Virus record (IMG/VR): IMGVR_UViG_3300030331_001986
Length of the DNA: 64,000 nucleotides
Strand: one strand, 5' to 3'
From: an uncultured virus (IMG/VR IMGVR_UViG_3300030331_001986)
Lineage: Duplodnaviria > Heunggongvirae > Uroviricota > Caudoviricetes
Positions 9,596 to 18,121 of this stretch are shown here, one piece after another. Position numbers and translations under genes: made by a program. The notes beneath the pieces are model-generated. The model was not told the DNA's origin. It saw only the letters and a list, made by a program, of their open reading frames with translations, and did not search any database. Numbering within the stretch: the stretch's first letter is position 1; every line of letters starts with the position of its first letter.

Positions 9596-10578
9596 AAAAG
9601 AATTGTAAGACATGTGGTTCAGAGTTTACCCTAACCCGTTCAGACAAACAATATTGTTCGGGGTCATGTAGAAGAAAAAAATATAGAGAAAAAATAAAAG
9701 CAAACAAAAAACCTATCATTAAAAAATGTCTTTGGTGTAAAAAAGATTTTAAAATTTTATCTAACATGACAAAAAAAAGAAGTTGTTGTAAAGGTGAATG
9801 CACTAAAAAATTTAAACTTCACGATAATAAAATTAGGGCGAGAAAAAGAGTTAGAGAACGCCTCGCTAAGTTACCACCTAAATATTGTGAAACTTGTGGT
9901 GTGGAGTTAGAATTATCTACATATAACTTTAACAAAATAAGATTTTGTAAACCTTGTAGGGTAAAACATCATAAAATATACAAAGATGAATATCTTAAAG
10001 AAAATAGAGAGAGGATTAGAAAAGAACAGAGGGAAAAACATGCTGAACGCATGAAGTGTCCAAAGTACAGAGAGAAACGGAGACTACAATCTCTCAAAGA
10101 AAGAGAAAAAAATAAACCTACTTATACTTGTTTGGTTTGTAAAAAACAATTCCAAAATAAATTTAATCGAAATAGATACAAAACTTGTAGTGACGAATGT
10201 GGTAAAATATATGAATTAACTAAACAAAGCACTACAGTATATAGGATAAGAAGTAGATTAACTAGGGCATTGAGAAAAAATGTAAAAAATATTTCAGAGA
10301 ATTGGCCTACTGAATTAGAATTTACCTCAGAAGATTTAATGAATCATTTTGAATCATTATTTACAGAAAAGATGAATTGGTATGAATTTAATAAAGGTAA
10401 TATACATATAGACCACATAAGACCTGTAGCATCTTTCAATCAAAAGCAATTAGAAGACACAACAAGTGAAGACTTCAAGAAGTGTTGGGCATTAGAAAAC
10501 TTACAACCATTATGGGCATCAGACAATTGTAGTAAAGGCTCATTATGGAAAGGAAAAAGATGGAGTGTGAAAACATGA
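9592..10578 (+). mobile_element. Free-standing HNH homing endonuclease with repeated CxxC...CSxxC zinc fingers, inserted in polB
   Basis: HIDHIRP...ENLQPLWASDNCSKG HNH core; several Zn fingers; ATGA overlaps at both ends. Confidence 0.85.
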
Positions 10579-11510
10579 AAGTAGTTTATGCACATACGGA
10601 TTCTCTTTATGTTCCTGTTCCTTCTATTGAGAAGGCTCAAGAAGTTAGAGAGATATTAAATACACATATACAAGAAAATGTATTTCCTAATCTTATGGGA
10701 TTAGAAGACCATCCTATGGATTTAGAGTTCGAGAAATACTATTCTGTATTAGGAGTTGGAGCAACTAGAAATAGAAATGCAGGTTTTATTAATTGGAAGG
10801 ATGGTGTTCATTTACAAGAACCTGAATTTGTTTGCACTGGTTTTACTCTAAAAAGAATTGCTGAATCTGTCATTGGGAAAGAAGTTCAAAAGACAGCATT
10901 AGAGATGTGGATTAATCAAAAGACAGAAGAAGATATTATATCTTATGTAAGAGATATGTATGATAAAGTTAGAACTGGTCAAGTTGATAAAACCGATTTA
11001 ATTAAAAGAAGTAGAGTAAAAGAAAACAGATTAAAAGTTAAATGTCCCGAATTTAAATGTAAGAAAATATATGATGTTGATTATATCAGAGGATTACTAA
11101 GTGTTTTATCTAGCGCTGTCTGTGAAAAGGAATCCTGTAATAAAAAATTAAAACAATGCACAACCGTTGAAGGAAAAAGACCTGCTTTCGGTGGAGGATT
11201 CGCAGGTGTTCTTTATTATAATGAACACGTAAATAAAAAGGATAAATTGGATGATTCATTTTATCACATGAAATGTAATTTTAAAATCGGACAACCCCAA
11301 ACATATACTAATTGGAATGGGGAAGAAAAGAAAGCAGGTTACATAGCAGTTAGAAATATAGAAGAATTAAAAGACTACGAACCTGATTGGTTATTTCTAT
11401 CAGAGTCAGAAGTTTTAAAAAAGGTAAAACCTATATTTGATGCTATGAATTGGGATATATCAAAAGTGAAAGAGGATGGGAAACAAAAAACATTGGATGA
11501 ATGGTTTTGA
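10575..11510 (+). CDS. polB: Family B DNA polymerase, C-terminal piece (motif C, thumb, PIP box)
   Basis: MKVVYAHTDSLY motif C, LEFEKYY, RNRNAG, C-terminal KQKTLDEWF. Confidence 0.9.
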   Translation: MKVVYAHTDSLYVPVPSIEKAQEVREILNTHIQENVFPNLMGLEDHPMDLEFEKYYSVLGVGATRNRNAGFINWKDGVHLQEPEFVCTGFTLKRIAESVIGKEVQKTALEMWINQKTEEDIISYVRDMYDKVRTGQVDKTDLIKRSRVKENRLKVKCPEFKCKKIYDVDYIRGLLSVLSSAVCEKESCNKKLKQCTTVEGKRPAFGGGFAGVLYYNEHVNKKDKLDDSFYHMKCNFKIGQPQTYTNWNGEEKKAGYIAVRNIEELKDYEPDWLFLSESEVLKKVKPIFDAMNWDISKVKEDGKQKTLDEWF

Positions 11511-11536
11511 TGTCTAAATAAAAGGAGGAAAATATA

Positions 11537-12397
11537 ATGGAATATACATATCAATGGAATCCCGAATGGGAAGAAGACCCTGCTATGCCGCAGTTAAAAG
11601 TAACTAAATCGTCATTAAATACATTTGAATTTTGTAGAAAGCAGTATGAATTTAGTTACATAGAAAGAAGAAAGACAGAACCAAATATGGCTATGATTAA
11701 AGGAACAATAGTCCATAATTCATATGAAGATTTTTATAATCAATTTGATTTAAAAAAAGCAGAAGAATTAGATGAAAATAGTGTCTATGATTATTGCATG
11801 GGATTATTTCCAATAGATGATTATGGCGACCTTTATCAAACTATTTCTGCGTTTGAAACTGAAAGATTTATTCAATCGAGAAAAGAAGATATTTTAGATA
11901 CTTTCTTACCAGTGGGCAACGAAATACAATGTAATGCGAAACTAATAATTCCTAAAGATGTTGGGATGTCAGGTAGAGGAACTAAGTTTATGTTAAAAAG
12001 AGATTACACAGTTCATCTTCAAGGTATTATAGATAGAGTGTTCCAAGAAGGTAATAGTATAATCCCTGTAGAGTTAAAGACTGGAGCATGGAAGGATAGA
12101 AAACAAGCACACATGAGAAATGAGATGGCCTTTTATAAAGTGTTAATGGAAGCCGACCCTGATTGTAACTTAGGAGAAGTAACCCATTGGGCTTGGTATT
12201 ATCCTGATTCTAATTATTTTCAATTAGAAGAAGTTAAGAAAGGTAATGTAAATAGAATCAAAAGAAGAATAGGCGTGTTAATTCATGCTTATGAGCAAGG
12301 CGTATTTCCCGCTTCATACCATTACGCTAAATGTCAATATTGCTCTTATACTGCTCTTTGTGATTCAGCACAACAGTCAGAATTGTGGGAGTGGTGA
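11537..12397 (+). CDS. Cas4-like PD-(D/E)xK exonuclease with Fe-S cysteines
   Basis: FEFC...GIIDRV...VELKTG...CQYCSYTALC; no CRISPR context. Confidence 0.85.
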   Translation: MEYTYQWNPEWEEDPAMPQLKVTKSSLNTFEFCRKQYEFSYIERRKTEPNMAMIKGTIVHNSYEDFYNQFDLKKAEELDENSVYDYCMGLFPIDDYGDLYQTISAFETERFIQSRKEDILDTFLPVGNEIQCNAKLIIPKDVGMSGRGTKFMLKRDYTVHLQGIIDRVFQEGNSIIPVELKTGAWKDRKQAHMRNEMAFYKVLMEADPDCNLGEVTHWAWYYPDSNYFQLEEVKKGNVNRIKRRIGVLIHAYEQGVFPASYHYAKCQYCSYTALCDSAQQSELWEW

Positions 12398-12398
12398 T

Positions 12399-12548
12399 AT
12401 GGCTAAAGGGTATAAAAGAATAAAAGAATGCAAAGTATGTAGTGAAAGATTTGAACTACATAAGAAATCAAACAAATGTAAAAGTTGTGGCGGACAATTA
12501 AGGATAGTGGTAGATAATAGAAACATAAGAAAATTAGGTGATATATGA
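12399..12548 (+). CDS. Small zinc-ribbon protein (49 aa)
   Basis: GGTGA SD; CKVC...CKSCGG. Confidence 0.7.
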   Translation: MAKGYKRIKECKVCSERFELHKKSNKCKSCGGQLRIVVDNRNIRKLGDI

Positions 12549-13033
12549 TGCAAGATAAAATAAAGACAAAAATTAATAGTAAGGACTGGAAATTTCATGA
12601 GTTATTGAAGTTGAAAAATGTAGCAAAAAATCTGTCAGAAGAACTTTATCATGAAGTCGAGTTGAAAGACCAATTAGAACTTATATGGGAAATGAGAGTT
12701 AAAGATGATTTGACATTCGGTAAACTGTTTAAAGAATCAGTGATTTCTAAACTGGAGGAAGAAGTAATGAAAGCATTTCAAGAGAAGTTCGAATCGGCTA
12801 CGGTTAACTTTAATGAGAATGAAAAAAGTCAACCTATACTTCCAGTGGAAAAGCCCGCAACTTTAACTGATAAATATAAACATATTAATAATCCAGTTAC
12901 AGAGTTAGAAGATTTAATAGAAGGTAAAGATGTTATAGTAAATAATAAACCGTCTTTAGAAGAAAAAGATGGTAAAGTAAAAACTAGAGTTGGGAATGTA
13001 AAAGTTAAGAGAGTTGGTGGAAATGGTTTTTGA
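12545..13033 (+). CDS. Hypothetical protein
   Basis: 162-aa ORF with GGTGA SD. Confidence 0.7.
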   Translation: MMQDKIKTKINSKDWKFHELLKLKNVAKNLSEELYHEVELKDQLELIWEMRVKDDLTFGKLFKESVISKLEEEVMKAFQEKFESATVNFNENEKSQPILPVEKPATLTDKYKHINNPVTELEDLIEGKDVIVNNKPSLEEKDGKVKTRVGNVKVKRVGGNGF

Positions 13034-13178
13034 TGAAATGTTAGAAGGGCAAAAGAAACTTACAGAAACTATGGAAGAAATTCATGCTACTCTTAAGTTT
13101 AGTAATAGAATAATTATGATGGTTAATGTTGTAAACATATTAACTATTATCGTAGTTGGTTTGGTGTTATTTCAATGA
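13023..13178 (+). CDS. Small tail-anchored membrane protein (51 aa, not in ORF track)
   Basis: MVFDEMLEGQKKLTETMEEIHATLKFSNRIIMMVNVVNILTIIVVGLVLFQ*; fills the gap, with an ATGA overlap to the primase. Confidence 0.7.
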   Translation: MVFDEMLEGQKKLTETMEEIHATLKFSNRIIMMVNVVNILTIIVVGLVLFQ

Positions 13179-14290
13179 GTTTACTAAATATGAATAGGGA
13201 TAAACCCATAGATGATATGAAGTTCCCTAGAGAAGTTTGGCCTAGTGCTAATAAACAAACTAATACTTTTGGTAGTAAAAGAATTGTAGTTCATAGTAGA
13301 GAGGATTTCAATAGTTGGGTTAAAACACACAATGGAAAGATGAATTGTTTTACATCTGTTTATGATTATGAACAATATACATTCAAACAAGCAGTAACAT
13401 CTACAGTTATTCTCGATAGAGTGTTCTTAGATTTCGACTCTCATCATGGAGAAGTAGATAAAATAACAGGGGCTACAATGATTAGTCCCAATGCTATAGA
13501 TAAATGTTTAGTAGATTTACGTTTAGTACAAAATTATTTACTCGAAAGAGATTATAAATTTGATATGTCTTTTTCAGGTAGAGGTTTTCATTTATATGTT
13601 TATGGAAAACAAATAAAGGACATTAGAAGATTAACTGCTTTCTTTAACGAAGTTAAAAAAGTAACAGTAAACGGAACTTTGGATAGTTCTGGAATACAGG
13701 AAAGAAGACTAAGACGCATTAGAAATACTATGAATCTAAAATCTTCTTACGGAACTGGTTGTTTTTATTGTATTCCTTTAACTGTTAATGATACTCTTTT
13801 AAATGGGGATGAATTATTAAGGCTAGCGATGAAACCAAGATTCGAAGTAAGAGAAACTTATGGAAAAACACTAGTTGAATGGCCTAAAGTAGCACCGATA
13901 AAACAATCAAAAGTCGAGGCCGATGTGATTAATGTGGGTAATCTACCGATGCCTCCATGTATGCATAGTGCTATTATGGTAGAAAATCCAACTGATGATG
14001 CTAGAATGAGATTAGTTAGTTGGTATAAAGAGTTATTATTGTGGACTGATTTAAGTATTCCATTTATGAATACAAACGTGGTTCCCGATAAAGAAACCCG
14101 TAACAGAATAGGAAATCAAATTGTTGCGGAGATAAAAAATTTACACGAAAGTTATAACGTGTGGTTAGATTTCAATGAATCAATAACGAAACAAAGAATG
14201 GGTTCTATTTTGGAAAAAGATTACAGTTTTCCCAGATGTGAAACTTTAATTGGTCAAGGGTATTGTGTAGGAAAATGTTGGAGGTTATAA
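13175..14290 (+). CDS. Archaeo-eukaryotic primase, PriS fused to a PriL-like Cys-rich domain
   Basis: FLDFD, SFSGRGFHLY, RLRRIRNT; C-terminal MPPCM...C...C...C. Confidence 0.88.
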   Translation: MSLLNMNRDKPIDDMKFPREVWPSANKQTNTFGSKRIVVHSREDFNSWVKTHNGKMNCFTSVYDYEQYTFKQAVTSTVILDRVFLDFDSHHGEVDKITGATMISPNAIDKCLVDLRLVQNYLLERDYKFDMSFSGRGFHLYVYGKQIKDIRRLTAFFNEVKKVTVNGTLDSSGIQERRLRRIRNTMNLKSSYGTGCFYCIPLTVNDTLLNGDELLRLAMKPRFEVRETYGKTLVEWPKVAPIKQSKVEADVINVGNLPMPPCMHSAIMVENPTDDARMRLVSWYKELLLWTDLSIPFMNTNVVPDKETRNRIGNQIVAEIKNLHESYNVWLDFNESITKQRMGSILEKDYSFPRCETLIGQGYCVGKCWRL

Positions 14291-14291
14291 A

Positions 14292-14375
14292 ATGCAAAAA
14301 ACACTGTTTGAATATGGATTAATATTAGAAGAACAAATGACGCTGTTAGATTTTGGATTAGAAATTGAGGAATAA
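14292..14375 (+). CDS. 27-aa tandem PIP-box microprotein (not in ORF track)
   Basis: GGAGGT SD; MQKTLFEYGLILEEQMTLLDFGLEIEE*; exactly fills the primase-XPF gap. Confidence 0.7.
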   Translation: MQKTLFEYGLILEEQMTLLDFGLEIEE

Positions 14376-14377
14376 TT

Positions 14378-15073
14378 ATGAGTTTAATAATTGATAGTAG
14401 AGAGAAATCAATTCTCACAGACTTAGTAATTGAAAAGGCTAAGTCATTAAATATACAGACTACTAAACAATGGATTGAAGTCGGAGATTATGTAATTGGC
14501 GATGTATGCTTTGAGGCTAAATCAAGCCTTGATTTCTTAGGCTCAGTAATGAGTAGAAGATTATGGACACAACTAGATAATATGGATAGATGTTACAAAA
14601 CTAATATTGTTATTATTTATGGTTCACTAGGAGATGCTTTACAATATACAGACCATTCTGCTAAATATGATAAAAGACCCATTGGAGATAAAAAGAGATT
14701 TCTAACGAATAGGTTTTTCGGAGCATTAGGAAGAATAATGTTAGACTCAGATATTAAACCTGTATGGGTTACAAGTGAACATGCGGCGGCTTCAATTATT
14801 TGTACCGTTTCTAAAATGCAAGGTCACGAAAGAGAACCAATTAAACCTCATATCTTTAAAAGATTAACTACTGATGATATACGCATTAATATGTTAACAT
14901 CAATTAAAGGTATAAGCGAAAAGAAAGCAAAGATGCTTATTAAGAAATACGGGTCACTTATGGAGATAGGAGACTGTAGTAAAAGGGAACTATGTTCCTT
15001 AGACGGAATAGGAGATGTAACAGCAGATAAAATCTTATCCGTTTTTAACTCAGAAAAGAAGGTGAAACAATGA
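14378..15073 (+). CDS. XPF/ERCC4 structure-specific nuclease with HhH domain
   Basis: IIDSRE, VGDY, FEAKS; IKGIS and LDGIG helix-hairpin-helix motifs. Confidence 0.9.
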   Translation: MSLIIDSREKSILTDLVIEKAKSLNIQTTKQWIEVGDYVIGDVCFEAKSSLDFLGSVMSRRLWTQLDNMDRCYKTNIVIIYGSLGDALQYTDHSAKYDKRPIGDKKRFLTNRFFGALGRIMLDSDIKPVWVTSEHAAASIICTVSKMQGHEREPIKPHIFKRLTTDDIRINMLTSIKGISEKKAKMLIKKYGSLMEIGDCSKRELCSLDGIGDVTADKILSVFNSEKKVKQ

Positions 15074-16701
15074 ATGAATATGATTATGATGATGAAATAT
15101 TAGATAAAGAACAAGAAGAAGTTAGGGAGATAGATTTACCCTACATAGTTAGAAACTGGGAGAAGGTAGCAACTAGTTATTCAAGATATAATAACATACC
15201 TTCTATTATCGGGTTTTATTCTTTATTAGGAGATTTGGCTAAAAATATGGTTGAGATACCATTTGGTCCAACTAGTACAGATACGAGAGTACATTTTTGT
15301 TGGATTCAAACAGCAAGAACTGGAAAGACGACATTGATTTCTTATGTGTTAAATCCAGTTGCTAAAGAAATCTTCAAAGAATTAGAAGATGACCCTTATG
15401 TAGAATCTAAAGTTTTAAACTTTGCAGATTATACTACTGCCGCATTAGTAGGAACTTACTATGAAAATAAAAAATTTATAGAAGACCCTAATAAGATTCA
15501 ACAAATTTATGATGATGAAGTACGTAAAATAGAAACTAACTATGCTGATGAAGTAAGAAAATTAGAAGAGAGATTAAGAGGAAGAACCTTAACCCAAGAA
15601 CAGTTTGTGGTCGAAGAAGCACCACTTATGAGTGAACGTAATAAACAAGTAAGATTAGCAGAAGAAACTAGAGACTTGGCTAAAGAAAGATGGATAATAG
15701 AATACGGGCCTATTCATGGACAAGGACTTTGGTTCGCAGATGAGTTTGAAGGTAGTGGTGTATTCAAAGATAAAAGTCATAAAGAAAATATGAATATTGT
15801 TTTTCAAACATTAATGAATAACTTCCATAATGGCTCTAATGTATATGCAAGAATTTTGACTGGTAAACCTACTATTTTCTTAGATTCAAGATATACTATT
15901 ATTGCTTGTACTTTTCCTCCAGAATATATGTTGAAAACTGTAGCAGAAAAAGGTATTTTACAAAGATTTCTACCTTACATTTGGACCGTTCCAGATGATA
16001 TAGTTACTAACATGAGAAAAGAAGTAATTAGAGGATTTGGAACAAGAGCAGAAACACAAGGGCCACCTTTACATCTAAAAGATGGAATATTACAAATATA
16101 TAGATTACTAAAAAGAAGGTTTGAATCTGTAGGTAAAGATAGAGACAAAACAATTGTTTACAGTGCATCAGCGAAAGACGTATTGGATATGGAATATGAC
16201 AATGTGTTAAGATACATAGATAATTTAAAACCTGAAATACGAAATGTGGTTCGTTTATTTGAAATGAATTTGTTAGAATATATGGGTAAATTGGCTGTAC
16301 TTAGTACAATAGCAATGGCCCCATCTATTTCAAGAGAACAAGACAGGTATATTGTTCACTCTCAAAATATTAGACAGGGCGCATACATTGTAAGGAAATG
16401 TTATACTGCCTTAGTGTCTTGGTTAGAAGATGCTATGAAAAATAATACTAAAGTATTCAAAGAGAAAAGCAACTTCAAAGAATTCCAACAGGCTTATCAA
16501 CTAGCGTTAGATAGGGCTAAACCACAGGAAACAATGGCTGGAGGTTATGTTTGGAAAAAGAATGTATTAGCAGAAGCGTCTAAAATACTTAAAGTAAGCC
16601 CTGCAAGCACATATAGAAAATTTGAAAAAATAAGTGAATTTTTCGAAACAACCAAGAAAGGAAAACAGGCTTATATTAAACTAAAAACTACGGAGGGATA
16701 A
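15070..16701 (+). CDS. MCM-like AAA+ helicase
   Basis: Walker A TARTGKT, YTTAALVG, Walker B FADEFE, Arg finger GILQRF, C-terminal wHTH-like region. Confidence 0.7.
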   Translation: MNEYDYDDEILDKEQEEVREIDLPYIVRNWEKVATSYSRYNNIPSIIGFYSLLGDLAKNMVEIPFGPTSTDTRVHFCWIQTARTGKTTLISYVLNPVAKEIFKELEDDPYVESKVLNFADYTTAALVGTYYENKKFIEDPNKIQQIYDDEVRKIETNYADEVRKLEERLRGRTLTQEQFVVEEAPLMSERNKQVRLAEETRDLAKERWIIEYGPIHGQGLWFADEFEGSGVFKDKSHKENMNIVFQTLMNNFHNGSNVYARILTGKPTIFLDSRYTIIACTFPPEYMLKTVAEKGILQRFLPYIWTVPDDIVTNMRKEVIRGFGTRAETQGPPLHLKDGILQIYRLLKRRFESVGKDRDKTIVYSASAKDVLDMEYDNVLRYIDNLKPEIRNVVRLFEMNLLEYMGKLAVLSTIAMAPSISREQDRYIVHSQNIRQGAYIVRKCYTALVSWLEDAMKNNTKVFKEKSNFKEFQQAYQLALDRAKPQETMAGGYVWKKNVLAEASKILKVSPASTYRKFEKISEFFETTKKGKQAYIKLKTTEG

Positions 16702-16703
16702 AT

Positions 16704-16937
16704 ATGGAAGTAACATGGGAGAATAAATATGTAGTGTTTGATGTTCAAGATGGACCTAAAACCATGATTGATGCACTAAACTTAGAAGGGCAAGATGGAT
16801 GGGAAGTAGCATCTATAGTTAGCGTAGCAGGTAATAAGTTATGCGCTTTCTTAAAGAAAGGAAACTATATTGATAAACCCACACCCGAAGAAGAAAAAAG
16901 AGATGAAGTGCTAAAATTATGGGGCGGTAACAAATGA
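16704..16937 (+). CDS. DUF4177-like small protein
   Basis: WENKYVVF...LNLEGQDGWEVASI pattern. Confidence 0.65.
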   Translation: MEVTWENKYVVFDVQDGPKTMIDALNLEGQDGWEVASIVSVAGNKLCAFLKKGNYIDKPTPEEEKRDEVLKLWGGNK

Positions 16938-17533
16938 ACAATGTAATGGCTATAGATTTAGAAACTAAAAATCTATCAACAGATATTGGTGGGTGGGGTA
17001 ATACTCATATGTTTTTAGTTTCAACTGTAACAACTTGGAATGGAGATACAGGAACAGTCTATGTAGATGAACCAGTATCGGATACTTTTTCTAAATCAGG
17101 AATACAAACTAAATCTATTAGAGAACTTAAGTTTGATTTAGATGACCACTTCATGAAAGGTGGTTTGTTATTAGGACACAATATCGTGTCGTTTGATATG
17201 CCAGTTTTAAGAGATGCTTTAGATATATACTGTATTAGAAAATATATGTCTTCTAATCAATATATAGATACTAGCCAATACTTTGTTAAAAATCATGGAG
17301 AAAGATATTCTTTAAATAACTTAGTAGACCACACTTTAGGAAAACAAAAAACACTAGATAGTATGGATGCACCTAGATTATGGAAACAGGGAGAATACGA
17401 TACTGTAGTTGATTATTGTTTAAAGGATTCTCAACTAGTATATGATTTGTGGAAACATGGTAAAAATGAAGGATTCGTAAAAGCATTTAATATAGAAAAA
17501 GAAGAAGAAGTAAAAATGGAGGTTGAATGGTAA
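16934..17533 (+). CDS. DEDD/RNase H-like 3'-5' exonuclease
   Basis: AIDLETK, GHNIVSFD, YIDT, YCLKDS. Confidence 0.85.
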   Translation: MNNVMAIDLETKNLSTDIGGWGNTHMFLVSTVTTWNGDTGTVYVDEPVSDTFSKSGIQTKSIRELKFDLDDHFMKGGLLLGHNIVSFDMPVLRDALDIYCIRKYMSSNQYIDTSQYFVKNHGERYSLNNLVDHTLGKQKTLDSMDAPRLWKQGEYDTVVDYCLKDSQLVYDLWKHGKNEGFVKAFNIEKEEEVKMEVEW

Positions 17534-17694
17534 TGGACACTGGAGAAGTATTTGGTTGGATATTTTTCTTCATATTTGTTAGCATTTTGTTCTTTGCGGC
17601 GTTTGGCAGTGCATCTGTAACAGAAGATACTGTCGAAGAATATATTAATAATCTAATGGCTGAAGAACAACGAGCAATGAATAGAAAGAAATAA
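17533..17694 (+). CDS. Small membrane protein (53 aa, not in ORF track)
   Basis: MDTGEVFGWIFFFIFVSILFFAAFG...RKK*; TAATG overlap, GGAGG SD. Confidence 0.7.
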   Translation: MDTGEVFGWIFFFIFVSILFFAAFGSASVTEDTVEEYINNLMAEEQRAMNRKK

Positions 17695-17695
17695 T

Positions 17696-17830
17696 ATGTC
17701 AATAAAGCATAAATGTAAAAAATGTGGTAAAGTAGTTATACCTAGACGTATCAAAGGATATTATATTGGCTCTAACGATATGATAAAGATATGGGAGTGT
17801 AACAAGTGCGACTATTTATGGAGAACTTAA
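17696..17830 (+). CDS. TFS/TFIIS-like zinc ribbon microprotein (44 aa, not in ORF track)
   Basis: CKKC-x24-CNKC-DYLWR. Confidence 0.65.
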   Translation: MSIKHKCKKCGKVVIPRRIKGYYIGSNDMIKIWECNKCDYLWRT

Positions 17831-17870
17831 GGGAGGGGGGCTACGGCCTCTCTCCTTTTTTTTATTTTAT
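17829..17870 (+). terminator. Intrinsic terminator ending the replication operon
   Basis: aagggagggggg-c(TACG)g-cctctctcctt stem with a UNCG tetraloop, followed by a long T run. Confidence 0.8.
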
Positions 17871-18121
17871 TTTTAATAGGTAATATTATTGTTACCTAAC
17901 TTAACTCTCTTTATAAGCCATTAAAAATAAAAACATACATTTTTCATCGCTAGACTAGAATTTCAACATTAATTTTCCCAATCGGAAGTATTTTTATTTT
18001 TAGGAGGTTTTTTCATCAATTGATAAAGAGCAATAGAAAAGAACCATAAATAACACACTCCTAAAACGCTCAGTCCACAAATATCAACAGTATCTAGTGA
18101 AATTCTTTCTGACATTTTTAT

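Noticed and set aside
9592..10578. Group I intron or intein interrupting polB
   Set aside because: The HNH ORF occupies the whole insert with ATGA overlaps. There is no space for a ribozyme core, it is out of frame with polB, and no intein C...HN termini are present.
11537..12397. CRISPR-Cas system
   Set aside because: Only a solo Cas4-like nuclease; no repeat-spacer array or other cas genes were seen.
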